Assembly (NCBI RefSeq): GCF_963853765.1
Contig: NC_088857.1
Span: 46,004,001 to 46,068,000 of the forward strand
Length of the DNA stretch: 64,000 nucleotides
Reading direction: 5' to 3'
DNA from: Magallana gigas
Lineage: Eukaryota
Both the position numbers and the translations under genes were made by a program. Below the pieces are notes generated by a model. That model was not told where the DNA came from, did not search any database, and worked only from the letters and a program-made list of their open reading frames with translations. The stretch's first letter is position 1. Every line of letters starts with the position of its first letter. Of the stretch, positions 1-11,717 are shown one piece after another.

Positions 1-185
1 CTTTACAAATTCCATTAAATCAAGACAACTACTTTCGGCTGATGAAAAAATTGCATCCTTTGACAAAGTTTTGCTGTGATCAAAATCAATGTTCTTTTCG
101 CTTGAAGAGGAAGAGGCAAGGTTTCCCAATGAAGCAGCCATATGAATAAGTTTCCTTTCAATCATACAAGTAGTTTGTACCAAGC
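1..185 (-). CDS. Probable further alternative exon T5, truncated by window edge
   Basis: gttctttttacatag|GC TTG GTA, phase 1. 61 open codons to position 1 (LVQTTCMIERKLIHMAASLG...LMEFVK). No finger visible within the window. Confidence 0.55.
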
Positions 186-457
186 CTATGTAAAAAGAAC
201 AAAATTATTCTACCTGTATTACACCTATTAAGAATGTATTTGAATAACACAACATTAACCATCAAAATATATCAACTAATGTCAAATCCTTTTTTATTTG
301 AGGAAAATATTGTGTCAAACAATAATTCCAACCCTTTTCTCTGACTACCATGTTCAACATCTGTCTTCAGTTGGAATGTTATAATCATTATTTCTTCTTA
401 GATGAATGTACATGAATAATAAGTTATATTGGCATACACTAAATTTCTGTTAACATT

Positions 458-675
458 TCACTGATGCTCCCTATGTTCCTTCATGTGCCTTTTCAGATTA
501 TCTTCTCTCGTGTAAGACTTTTGACAAATCGGGCAAAAAAATTTTGGACGAATTTTAGAGTGTGTCACAATGTGTCGTTCTAAATTCCGTCGAAGAGATG
601 AAGAGTAACTGCAATGAACACACTTTAACAGGCCTCTAGATGTTCTTGGTCTGAGTGGATCATTGAAATTCCCAC
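458..675 (-). CDS. Alternative terminal zinc-finger exon T4 (2 C2H2 fingers; not in the ORF track)
   Basis: caatttag|GT GGG AAT, phase 1. Manual translation: GGNFNDPLRPRTSRGLLKCVHCSYSSSLRRNLERHIVTHSKIRPKFFCPICQKSYTREDNLKRHMKEHREHQ*. Confidence 0.85.
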
Positions 676-854
676 CTAAATTGATACATAAATACTGTTT
701 GTTATCAAAATTTTAAAAAGGTTACAAAAGTTACAATACTTAAACAGACATCTCCTGTAACAAACAATTTTCCAACTTCTAGAAAAATCTGGTAAAACTT
801 CCAGGAAGTGTGAAGAATACTACACAAATCACTACGGACACGAACCAAATCACC

Positions 855-1216
855 TCACTTGTTAGTTTTCTTGCAAGAAAGCTCCATGTGACTTTTAAGA
901 TGAAACTTGTGTTTAAAGCTTGAAGTACAATTAGGACAATAAATACGCTTTTCTAAGAAGTGTACCGACTTCACATGCCTCACAGCTGTTCCTTTTTGAG
1001 AGAAAATTTTTCCACATATCTTGCAGGTGCACCTATCATACTTTCCACTACCTGATGTTTGAACATACTCTGATACATTAAAAGATGTTTTTGTTTTAAT
1101 AACTGGCAACAACATTAAAGATTCTTCTGTATTTTCAAATTCTCCAGAAAAGGGGAGGTTGCCACCAGCTTTCAATTTGGATCCTACACTTCTTCCTGGA
1201 GTTGTTTCGTCTGATC
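855..1216 (-). CDS. Alternative terminal zinc-finger exon T3 (C2H2 + C2HC)
   Basis: ttgtttcactgtag|GA TCA GAC, phase 1, in frame with ORF 855-1175. CKIC..RHVKSVH, CPNC..SHMELSC, TGA. Confidence 0.85.
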
Positions 1217-1372
1217 CTACAGTGAAACAAAGGATAGAACCTTATTCAGGTTTTTTTTTACTGTGCAAGGTGGGGGTTGACTAACAGACTCAAAAGTAGA
1301 CAAGTGCCCCCATGGTTATTTGCTCTTTCATCAGTTTCAAAGGATTCAAGATCATATTATCATTGATATGAC

Positions 1373-1587
1373 TTATCCTGTAACATGTTTCTGTATATGT
1401 AGTTTCAAGTGATCACTTCTCTTGAAAGTCAATTTACAGATATGACACAAAAAAGGTCTAGCATCTGTGTGTGTTTTTAAATGTCTTGTCAAATTGCTTT
1501 GGTAGCTAGTGTTAAATGAGCAAAGTCTGCAATGAAGAATTTTGGAATCACTGGAAGGTCCTTTAGCCACTTTGAATCTGTTCATCT
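1373..1587 (-). CDS. Alternative terminal zinc-finger exon T2 (2 C2H2 fingers)
   Basis: gttgttgcag|AG ATG AAC, phase 1. CRLC..RHLKTH, linker TDARPF, CHIC..LHIQKH, TAA. Confidence 0.85.
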
Positions 1588-2115
1588 CTGCAACAACCCC
1601 TATATGCAAAATAAAAAACAACCAGTCAACCCTTGCCATTTCACCCTTTAAAATACCAAACTAATTGATATTTAACAAACCAAAAACCAGAATTATAAGG
1701 CATCAATGATGAGAGAGACAAATTTGATCACAACAAAAAAGTCAACAATCTACTTTCAAATCCTTCAAGTTAAACACCAGACAAATTGAACCTGAACCCT
1801 TAATCAAAATACCGGGATGGTTTTTTTTTTACATTCTTTAATTAAATGTTTTCCAGTCTATATTGAAATTAATCAATATAGCAGTAATCATTTACCAATA
1901 ATTAACAGCAAGTTCTTATACCAGTATCAGACTGAAGAAAGTAGAACAGAATAGGTGATTTTTGTTTTTTAATATAAGATAGAATAATAATGCATTGCAT
2001 TTCTTGCTTCATCATCAGCTGTAACAACTTTTTGTAACAGAGGAACCATTGGGAGTTTGTTCAACAAATAACAACGTAATAAAACTTTTAGTATATCAAC
2101 AACGGAATTTTTTTT

Positions 2116-2465
2116 TCATTTTTGAGCACTACGACATTTTTCTAAATGATCCTTTAAATGACACTTGTGCTTAAACGAGCGGTTACAGTACGGACAAGCA
2201 AACGCACGAAATGTTGTGTGATAGGTTTTCATGTGTCTGACAGTGTTTGCCCGCGTGGAAAATTTCTTTCCGCACACCCTGCAGGTAATGGAACACGCCA
2301 TCTTATGATTCTGGAGGTCAGATTCACTATTAAACTGCTTCCTACAGGTTGAGCAAGTATAGAGACTGAGGCCAGTGTTAAGTAGTTTTCTTATTGTCTT
2401 TGACGAGGCTTTCAGTGGAGTACCACTCAGTCGCCTAAATGATTTAAGCCGTGCTTTGGAAAATC
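2116..2465 (-). CDS. Alternative terminal zinc-finger exon T1 (3 fingers: C2HC, C2H2, C2HC)
   Basis: tttcttctgtag|GA TTT TCC, phase 1, open to TGA. CSTC..NHKMAC, CRVC..RHMKTYH, CPYC..DHLEKC. Confidence 0.85.
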
Positions 2466-3386
2466 CTACAGAAGAAAGGAAATAATTTTCAATTTAAGCC
2501 TTTGCAAGTCCTGTATCTTACATTGCCACCAAGTACTATGTATCCAACTACCCAAGTATCTTTGAAGCCATCTCAAAATCCAGATCAAGATTGACAGAAC
2601 CAAATGCCAAAACCAAACAAGAAGACACGAAGGGCCCAAATCCTTAAAAGAGTTTTGGTTACTTTGAATTACAATTACGGGTTCACAGAAATTTTTGTCT
2701 TTGTATACATTTCTGCTTCAGGGTCTCTCATTGTTTTGTAAAAGGTGTTTTTCTTCTATTCAAATGATTATTTCATTTGAATAATTTCTTTTTTTGGAAA
2801 ATTTAACAGAAATCTAATATCACATGCTACATCTATTTCACTAATGGCAAGTGTAGAAACCAGAATCAGGAATGTAAAACAAGACAAAAATTTCTGAGAA
2901 TAGGAGAAATTTGATATCATTAAATTCAACTCCTTAATACCTCACAAAAGGTGGTGAAAAGTACAATTCCTTTATCATGTTAATTAATTTTTCTTAATAC
3001 ATATCCTTTAATTGACTCAATTCAAAATACAAAGCATTTATTTAACCAAAATAATAAACTGGTTTTCTGATTTAGTATTCAAAGAAAAACAAAATGATTT
3101 CTACACTTACTATTGTGGATAATTGTTAATAGTTATAATAAAATTATCAAATCTCTCTGCATTATCAATTATTAAAAATCACCAAGATAATAATATTCAA
3201 AGGATAGTAGAACCAAAAGTCAAATTACCAAATTACATTAAAAAGATATATAATGCAGAAGATTCAATAACATTATAGGTATGGAAATTTCAGCATGCTA
3301 AAGTTCGTTTAATTCGAACTCAAATTTGACGAACTTTGGCTACTCTACTTCTCATGCTTTGTCACACAATACCTACCGCTGCTTAC

Positions 3387-3425
3387 CTTGAAATCCCAAG
3401 TCCATCAAAGTTGTGGGGTGGATAC
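3387..3425 (-). CDS. Candidate symmetric mini-exon of the BTB-ZF gene
   Basis: Strong donor TTTCAAG|GTAAGC at 3387. Acceptor ccag| at 3425 (39 nt) or ttag| at 3431 (45 nt), both in frame: (VP)GIHPTTLMDLGFQ. Weak polypyrimidine tract. Confidence 0.4.
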
Positions 3426-5490
3426 CTGGTACTAATGTGTTTGCATGTGTATGTCTGAGTGGATGATGGCAATAAGGGGGGCGGGGGGTGGGGGGTCATG
3501 TAAAACCTGTTGACTTGCTAAATTATTTAAGAAAGTCTAAATTCTATCATTAGTCAATTTATCAAGTAATTTCCATCTGCATCACAGATTAGAGTGAATA
3601 TTGTGTATGTCATCCATAATAAGATTCCAATAATCTCCTCTTTCCTCAAAAACTAAATTAGCCATCTCTGGGTTTTTTCACCAATTTAAAATAAGTTTAA
3701 ACATTTACAAGCAATCTATAAATTCAGCATTTACTGTATATGAATACCATTGAAAAAATTAAAATCTATGGCAATTAACATAATTATCAAAACTTTGAAT
3801 TATGTGGTGAAAAATATTTATTTAAAAATTTGATAAGAAATCTTGAACAAAAACAATTGCTATGAAACGTAAGAATGAAGGGATAAAAAAGAGAGAGTCG
3901 TATGTTTTTTTCTCGAATAGAACAAGACCATAACTGCTGAAATACTTTCATTCCTCCCTCACATACTTATTTGAAGTGATTCATTAAAAAAACTTCATCA
4001 TTATTCAAACATGCACGTGGTCTTCACTATGAATTAGGGATGTCAACAAGTATTCAAATACTTAACTTTTGCTCAGTTATAACAATCAGCAATTCAAATT
4101 TTTCAATCAATTAATCGTAATAGTCAACAACAAAAAAATGTCTTTATTATTTCTAAATGCATCAGTTTTTGGGCCACTGATAAGCTTTCTTTTCTTTGCA
4201 TTTTCTAATTGAAGTCGGTTCCATCTGTGCCCCCGAGTATATTTTTTAAGCAGCTAATATATTAGTCTGATCAAATTAACTTTTTGAATAAAAGCAGTGT
4301 TAAAGCACTTAAGCATACATTTGATCAAGAAGACAAATTTGATGTTTCTTTATATGTCATATATTAAATAAGTCATTAAATTCGTTGATGATATGTAGCT
4401 CAATTATGTGTAAACATCACAAGAAAATGGAAAAGCCAAGACATTTTCAATTTAATTTTAAATCAAATACATTAAGAAAATATTCATAATTATACGTCTT
4501 TGAATGTTTATGTGTTATAGATAGTCTGATAAGGTGTTTTTGCCAGTAGCATTATCTTTTTTTGAAAAGGACACACAATTTCAAACAAATCAACGAGCAC
4601 TCAACTATCGCTCAACTAAAGCCCCAGAATAACGACTAGTCTCATTGAATAAAATTGACATCCCTACTATAAATTCAATTCAAAGCAATCTGTTTAAAAC
4701 ATTTCCTCCATTACATGTTTTTCCTATCTGACCAGATTTTACAGAAGTACAACACAACACTAACTTGTACAGATAATCTATTCAACAGATTTAATTTTCT
4801 TCTCACTTTTGCAGACATACATTTTTCATTGTGTAAGATATGCACGTGGTTTACCAATCCACATACGGAGAGAGTATTCAGTGTCAGTAAAATGAACTGC
4901 GTACAATATACCACGAAAGTGTTAACTACGCAAAATTTATCAAAATTTACATCTGCATACATATGATTCTGTATAGAAACCTATAGAAAAACATAAATGT
5001 TTCATTCTGTGTGAACTTTTATATGCGTCACAATGATTGTTGCACATGCCCATCATTTGATTGTTGCATTATCGTTAACAAAAAAACACAGTTATATTAA
5101 TGGTTCTGAACAATTTGTTTTTCTCATACGTAAACATAAGTAATAAACAGCAATGTTAAAAAGTTCACCAGGATATGAACTTGGTTGGTACGAGTTCAAA
5201 TCTTCTGAGAAGCCCTTTGTGACTCTTGGTCATTGTTCACTAGACCAATCAAGTGTCATATCCCAGCTAACTTTTTCACTTGCTGTTTATTTCTTAATTA
5301 ATTAATTGAAAATCAATTTTTCATTGATTTAAATTTTGAGTTAATCAATGATATCAAATATCAGTATAGTAAGAAGTATGAAACAATTCTTCTTTCTATG
5401 ACAAAATCTCAAAATGCACGATACTTAAAATTTGACTAAAATGTCAATAAAGATCAATTTAACAATAGTATATTGTTAAGATAAGCTGAC

Positions 5491-5595
5491 TTCTGAGTTC
5501 ATTTTGCCCACTGAACACTGACTCATGTTTTAGTGTAGATTGTGTTGAATTTCCATTGGTTCCAATCTTCCTCTTCCTCTCTGGGTCATCTTTCA
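5491..5595 (-). CDS. Candidate symmetric (phase 1-1) internal exon of the BTB-ZF gene
   Basis: tatatag|TG AAA GAT...AGA A|gtcagc; 105 nt, open, encodes VKDDPERKRKIGTNGNSTQSTLKHESVFSGQNELR (basic KRK patch). Splice sites only moderate. Confidence 0.45.
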
Positions 5596-6304
5596 CTATA
5601 TACTAAATTTTCATTTGAAGCACAGAATATGTTGTAATTTCTTTAACCTTCACACAATTTCATATTGCAAAAATTCAATATTTCAATAGAACTTAAATCA
5701 AAGTATACATCACATTTTAAATATTATCATGTTTATATTTATACCATTCAAGATATTCTGATTAATGATATTGTTAAACTTTCTAGATGGTTTTTATAAA
5801 TGTGTATTTCTGAAGTATTTGTTTTGTCTATCAAGTCATATAAACAAAATATATCTATCAAAGACTCTATTATGGTTTAAATACTCAATCAATCATATTT
5901 TGTGCTTCTAAAAATTTTAAAACAGGATATGCTTGCACAAAAATAATCATGAAATTGTCTTTACCATGTTTATTAAACATAGGTCCAATTGTAAAACAAC
6001 CATTATTTTGGATTTTTGTTTTTGGGTTTTTTTTCATCGAACATTTCCACAATATTTTGGATTAGACTGAGAGAAAAGATTTGTGCAAACACAAGCAATA
6101 TACCCTATGGAGAAAAATGCTGGACTGCTAAGTATATCAATCTGAAGAATATATTCTTAAATCTTAAAATATAGATTTTTTATGTTAACACAGAAGCATA
6201 CAGCCACTTACTTAGCATTCAAGCATGACCCTCCACAAGTGCATGATGAAATTTCCATACCAGAATAAAGAGGATGTATATAACAATAAGAAAAGAAAAC
6301 CAAC

Positions 6305-8369
6305 CTTGAAACGCTCCCTCTTGACCAGAGAGAGACATGTTTTGTTCTCCGCTTAGATTGCTGCCTTCGTTGGATTCATCCCGCGTCCATTCATATGGAA
6401 TTTCTCCTGTGTCGTCATCCCCTTCATCCTGACTGCTCAGTAGAGCTCCCTTGGCATCATCCGGAATATCCACATACATATCTAATCCACCAGTATCCGA
6501 CTCCTCCACTTTGATAAAGCTTATATCAGGAGCCAGGTCTGAGGAACTTGAGGTCTCTTTACCACTACAACAAATTAACAAATTTTCTTAATAAGTTAAC
6601 ACCTACATAAAACCATATGTCTGAGATGCATGATTTGGAAAAAAAACAGATCATTAGCCATATATGCTTGCAAACCTAATGATCCATGCTATATAAATTC
6701 TAAAAAAACTTTTAGTACAGTTCCTAAAATATGGTCATGGAACTCAATAATTGCAAGAAATCATGACAACAGAAATCATTATATTTTTATGATGATAAGT
6801 TGCATTTTAAGTTAGCTACAATCTATACTTAGTGATTAAAATACCTTTGCTCAGATGACCCTTCGCCAGCCAAGAGTTTTTCTATATTCTGACTAGCTTG
6901 TGTGTTAGATAAATGTTGCTGAATGACTTGGCTGCTTCCACTGGCTCCTTTATTCTGAAATCTGTCCTGGGTCCGACTGTCTTGACTAGAACTTGATCCT
7001 GGACTCTGGCTAGATACTGGCTGCACTGCAGTTAAAGATCCTGGAATTGGTATGGCAGGTCTTGCTGGCGTTGGCTGTGGCATGCTTGCTGCCTGCACTG
7101 CGCTTCCAACAGCAAAAGGCTTTGGCTGAAGAGGTGGCATTTTTGGTGTGAACGTTGAGAGTGGCGGTGGGTTAATTGTCGGAGTTGAGTGAGATGGAAT
7201 GGAGGCTTGTGGGCGCTTGGCTGAACTTGGGGAAAATGATGATTCTGATGTACGTGTGTGAGTTGATGGTCCTGGTGGCTGGTTTCCAAAATTAGAGAGG
7301 TCTGAATATCTCTGTTGATCCCTCCTTGTGGATTCAAATGAAACTCTGTCTGAGGATGATGATGAAGATGATGAATGAGTATCTCGTAATGGGGACTGTT
7401 CGTGTCTAGCACTTGAGGAATGTATTGAAATGTCAGCTGAAGAATTTACGGCATGAGTTCTTGAATCTCCTTCCTCAACATTAACTATTTGAATGTCAGA
7501 GTTTGCTGACATTTGACTAGTAGAGGCTACAGATATTGACTGTGATGTTCTGATTGGTGGTAATTCTGATTCTTTAGGCCATCCTTCAGAATCTCTGAGG
7601 GCTGGCTCCTTGTGAACTACTTCTAAACTGTCTTCTATGATTTCTACAACATCTGCTGAGTTATTATAGCCCTGACTCATGGTGGTCCTGTCATCCACTC
7701 GCTGTACTCTTGGTCGCTTTCCACTGGGACTCGCAGAATCAAGTGACCTCTTTATGCCCATATCTTGAGCTAGTTTCTGAAAGTCTGAGGTTCTCACATG
7801 GCGGAATTCAACACTGTCCTGGAAATTCATTTGAGGCCCACTTCCCATTTTCATTCCAGTGTTATCACTTAAGCACTTGTAGAAATCTGAGCAACACTTA
7901 ACAACACTTTCAACCTGTAAAAGTTTTCCCATTTTTTCAATGTCTCTGCAGTTTTCTTCTGTAAGCGTCATGAAACCCTCATAAAGGTAGCGCAGAAACG
8001 AGATGACCGAGGATTGTTTAATGTCAGCTGCCATTCTGACTTCTAAATGAGATCCTAGAGATGCATTCTCTAGATGTTGCAGCATTGGGCAGGCTGCTAT
8101 CAGTACAAGCCTGTGTGCCTTCAAAAAATAAATCAAAACAATGAAAGGATATCTCCGATACCAAATTCTACTTTCATTACGACACACTGTTTATGTTCCG
8201 GATAACAAAATTAGTGAAAAAGGAAACACAATGTATGTCTAACCTTAGTGTTGATTGAACCTGTTTTAATGACAGCATCACACAGAAGTTGATTTTTCCA
8301 CATCTGGGTCAGGTAGCTCATAGTGGAACTTGAGTATATTTGATTCATGTACATCTTTTGGTAACTCAT
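6305..8369 (-). CDS. BTB/POZ-domain transcription factor, constant N-terminal region (3 coding exons)
   Basis: Exons 8369-8244 (MSYQKMY...MWKNQLLCDAVIKTGSINTK), 8118-6845 (AHRLVLIAACPML...FLRYLYEG...LLQVESVVKCC then S/P/Q-rich linker) and 6564-6305 (acidic, IKVE SUMO-type motif). All junctions are GT-AG and in frame (phases 0, 2). The last donor, TTTCAAG|GTTGG, is phase 1. The LCD...AHR.VL motif is typical of BTB. Confidence 0.9.
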
Positions 8370-8408
8370 GTTGGATTTCTTTTTGGTTTACACACTTCAA
8401 GGATGTTC

Positions 8409-8517
8409 GGTGCTTCAAAAAGTATGGATTTCTACATAGAAAAAATAGTATATTCGTACAATGTTAGGTGCTTCAAAAGTATGGATTTCTACATAGAAAA
8501 AATAGTATATTTGTACA
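8409..8517. repeat. Tandem direct duplication, ~58-bp unit x2
   Basis: ggtgcttcaaaa(a)gtatggatttctacatagaaaaaatagtatatt(c/t)gtaca starts at 8409 and at 8467. Confidence 0.9.
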
Positions 8518-8858
8518 GCAGCTACCTCAGAAATTCTGATTTGTCTGTATACAGCTGGCACAAACAAAAAAGAGGCATTCCCTATGGTTTTCCACACATG
8601 TGAAAAACAGGTGGTATCAACAGTTTCAACAGAAAAAGTGTTACCTATGTTAAGAATGGTTTGATTTGGAATTTTGTAACCTCATTATGTTTTCTTACTA
8701 ACAATACCACGTTATTTTATTTTTGAACAGATTTTTTTCTTTGAAATTTATGTATGATGACTTGCACCTATCAATGCCTTACACTACATTAAGTGTCCAT
8801 GTTGTAAGAGGCATTCAATCCTAATTATTTATTTATAAACATGATAGAGACCTTTTTT

Positions 8859-8862
<4 letters not shown>

Positions 8863-8896
<34 letters not shown>
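8863..8896. repeat. Poly(A) tract (34 nt)
   Basis: Direct reading. Confidence 0.95.
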
Positions 8897-8899
<3 letters not shown>

Positions 8900-9145
8900 A
8901 ACTGATGTAAGCATGCAACCCATCAATTTAAAGTTTGAAAAATCCAAAATGTAAGACACAAGGAACAGTTCTTTGAAAAGTCAAAGCTGGTCTTGAAAAT
9001 TTAACAAGAGTAATGATTTACACTTTATTAAGATGATCATAATAATTTGAAAATTCATTAGTGGAACAATTGTTTCTATGATATCTTGATAAACACAAGT
9101 AATAATCACTTATTATATAGTTTTACCCTTATGTGTTCCTAATAG

Positions 9146-9296
9146 AATCATTCATTATTACAAGAGTGGGATAGTGAAATTCCACCGATGGGGACAAGAT
9201 TCACATTCTAGGACGAGGCTGTGCCGAGTCCTTGGCCGTGAATCTTGGTCCCGAGGTGGAATTTCACTATCCCACACGAGTATATAATAAATGATT
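9146..9296. mobile_element. Palindromic MITE-like element
   Basis: Perfect 21-bp stem 9166-9186/9255-9275, imperfect extensions on both sides, central cgaggctgtgccgag. Confidence 0.7.
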
Positions 9297-10834
9297 ATTT
9301 TTCTTGAATTATTTCACATTAAAAAATGATGCCTGACAACTTTCTGTTATGACATTCAAAAGATAACTTTTGGTTTATCCCTCCGTGTGCTTCAAATAGT
9401 GCAAGTCAAAATGAGAGCATATGACAGTTTTTTCAATAAAAATTTGATAAATTGTATTTAACTAAGCAAAACAATTACTTAGTAAATAAAATAATCTCAA
9501 TTAATCATTGTGCATATCCCTATAGCAGACGTTTGTTTACGTTTTAAAGTGGCGTAGTAATACACAGTGTAAGAGTCTTACAGTAAGACAAAAAAATCTC
9601 ACACTGCTGTCTCACACTGGACAAACCGATCTCGCATCAGTGATAATGTGAGAATAATGTTTATTTCTTAAAACTGAAAAGCCCATGATTTTGCCTTCAA
9701 ATTATATAAAGCAAATCTGTTTACTGCGAGCATATTTTCACAACATAAGGAGTGTTTTCATGAATGTGCTTTAATATTTATAAATACATGCTGAAGTCTT
9801 CATAAAAATCTACTTTAAGCTAAAAATTCTACATTTCATTCAAATCTTATTAATTTTTTTTATGAAATCACAACTTTTATACAATACATATGGGGACAAA
9901 ACTTATTCCAGATATACAATAAGTGCATGTAAGTTGACAAAATGTGTAACTCTGTAAAAAATAACTGGTATAAACTAAACCAGCAACTCCTGTGAACCGA
10001 TCGCTTTGTCTAAATGACAGGTTTCTGACAGGCAAATTTAGTGTGCAGAATATCAGATCATGATGATAAAAACAGTTATCAAAATGAAGTTAATTTTATG
10101 AAAATAATGAGGAAGTTCATTGGCCAAAATATTATAAAATTAATTCTATAGACATCTACAAAATAGAAGTAACTGATCAAACGAAGTAACATGAAAGATG
10201 GTCCAAGAAGATTTTTAAAATTGTATGTGGTTAAAGCTGCTCTACGGGACAAAACCTGTGTTGTAGAACTAACAACGGGATAGTCGACCCTGCATTACAG
10301 GCAGGTGGACTAAAATATGACATGATAAATGTGTTGTAAAATTTGGGTCATTTAAACAATTAGTTGGGAAAAACCTTCAAAATATGTGTCAATATATGAC
10401 ACTCAGCTGCAACTTGATCCATCAAGACTTTAATGTTCATTAATCGTGTTGTTTTCACTTTTTAAACTACACTTTGGTAGTACTGTCACACATAATGTAT
10501 CATCAGGCTGCAGATGAGTTATTTCCCTTAACTTATAGACCAACATTGCGCGAATATCGAATTTTGAGGATGATTACACCCGTTTTCATTATATTTTGAT
10601 GATATATTGATATATTCACAAAATGCACAAGAGGCTTATACCATTAGCATACATATTCAAGAAAACAATTTCAGCTTTTCTTCCACTTGCCGACTTGGGC
10701 ATGGCGGTTCATTTCCTCCTCACCAATGTTAACGTTTTTACCCCACCTTTTAACATCAAAGCCAAAAAAAGATATATAAAATTAAATCACCACACATAAG
10801 ATAATAACTGAATTCCTTTAACACGTAAATATAC

Positions 10835-10905
10835 CTTCTTTCCAGCAGAAATTTCGAATTTTTCTGGGTCACGATTTCCTCTTTGTTCGGTCGGCCATTT
10901 GCAAT
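10835..10905 (-). other. Candidate non-coding first exon / promoter of the BTB-ZF gene
   Basis: Locally CpG-containing segment ending in GAAG|GTATAT donor at 10835; contains AAATGGCCG (YY1-like). No transcript evidence. Confidence 0.35.
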
Positions 10906-11433
10906 CCTATTATCGCAGCATGGTCATGTGACTAGATACGTCACACATATTAGGCCCCACCGGTGAATCTGAAGGATATCGATAATCTTGACATCTTAAC
11001 AATATCAAAATTATACATTTTCCAATTAAAAATAGAGAGAGACCAGATTGCTTTGAAATTGACTTTTCCATAATTTTGTGAATACTGATTATGCAAAAGA
11101 GGAGCAATATATTAAATTTCAAATTAAAAAAAAAAAACAAACAAAAAACAGAGAACTCGATCGGGACCGTACCCCCCCCCCCCCCCTCCGGCCGCAACCC
11201 CTCCCCCATTGCGAGCAAGTTTTAAGAAATCCACCCAGATTTTTTTTCCGTAGAAGCACAGATCAGATGCTATAGTTCCTCGGATAAACATGTATGGGAT
11301 TTAAATAAATCTATAAAATCAAAAATTGATCAGGCACATATATACATGTGTAGTTGTGTACAGCATCAAATGGCAACCAAACACGTTAAGTAAACATTTT
11401 GTTTTACTTACCATGCATGTTGATGTGCCTCTA

Positions 11434-11452
11434 TCGATCGATCGATCGACCG

Positions 11453-11488
<36 letters not shown>

Positions 11489-11512
11489 GAGAGAGCTAGA
11501 GAGAGAGAGAGA
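11434..11512. repeat. (CGAT)n + interrupted (GA)n microsatellite upstream of A1
   Basis: Direct reading; shorter paralog ~37474-37508. Confidence 0.9.
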
Positions 11513-11717
11513 ATGTTTGTATACTAGTATTACTATAATCATATGTAGAACAAACATTAATGTACATATAACTTTACACTCATTGTAAATAATTAAAGGT
11601 CACTCAAAGATTCAGTATTGAAAGGTAATTCTAAACAACCTTAATAGGTAAACATACATGTATGTATACTTGCGACAAATATCTATTTTTAGATTTAAAC
11701 TCAGTCCCAGATCTGTG

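Noticed and set aside
2548-2642. Phase-1 acceptor opening GFGPFVSSCLVLAFGSVNLDLDFEMASKILG*
   Set aside because: Could be a finger-less terminal exon, but it is short, has no motif and can arise by chance; not called without reads.
4711-4966. Overlapping 83-aa ORFs on both strands
   Set aside because: No domain, intronic AT-rich composition, no convincing splice sites.
7032-7412. 126-aa His/Gln-rich alternative-frame ORF inside the BTB linker exon
   Set aside because: By-product of the Ser/Pro-rich main frame; no separate gene signals.
8119-8187. N-terminal MCRNESRIWYRRYPF... of ORF 6829-8187
   Set aside because: Intron read-through; the BTB motif is completed by the upstream exon 8369-8244 via a canonical acceptor at 8118.
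10910-11275. ORFs of 102 aa (minus) and 65 aa (plus) between the BTB gene and A1
   Set aside because: Driven by homopolymer runs (poly-A, poly-C); no domain.
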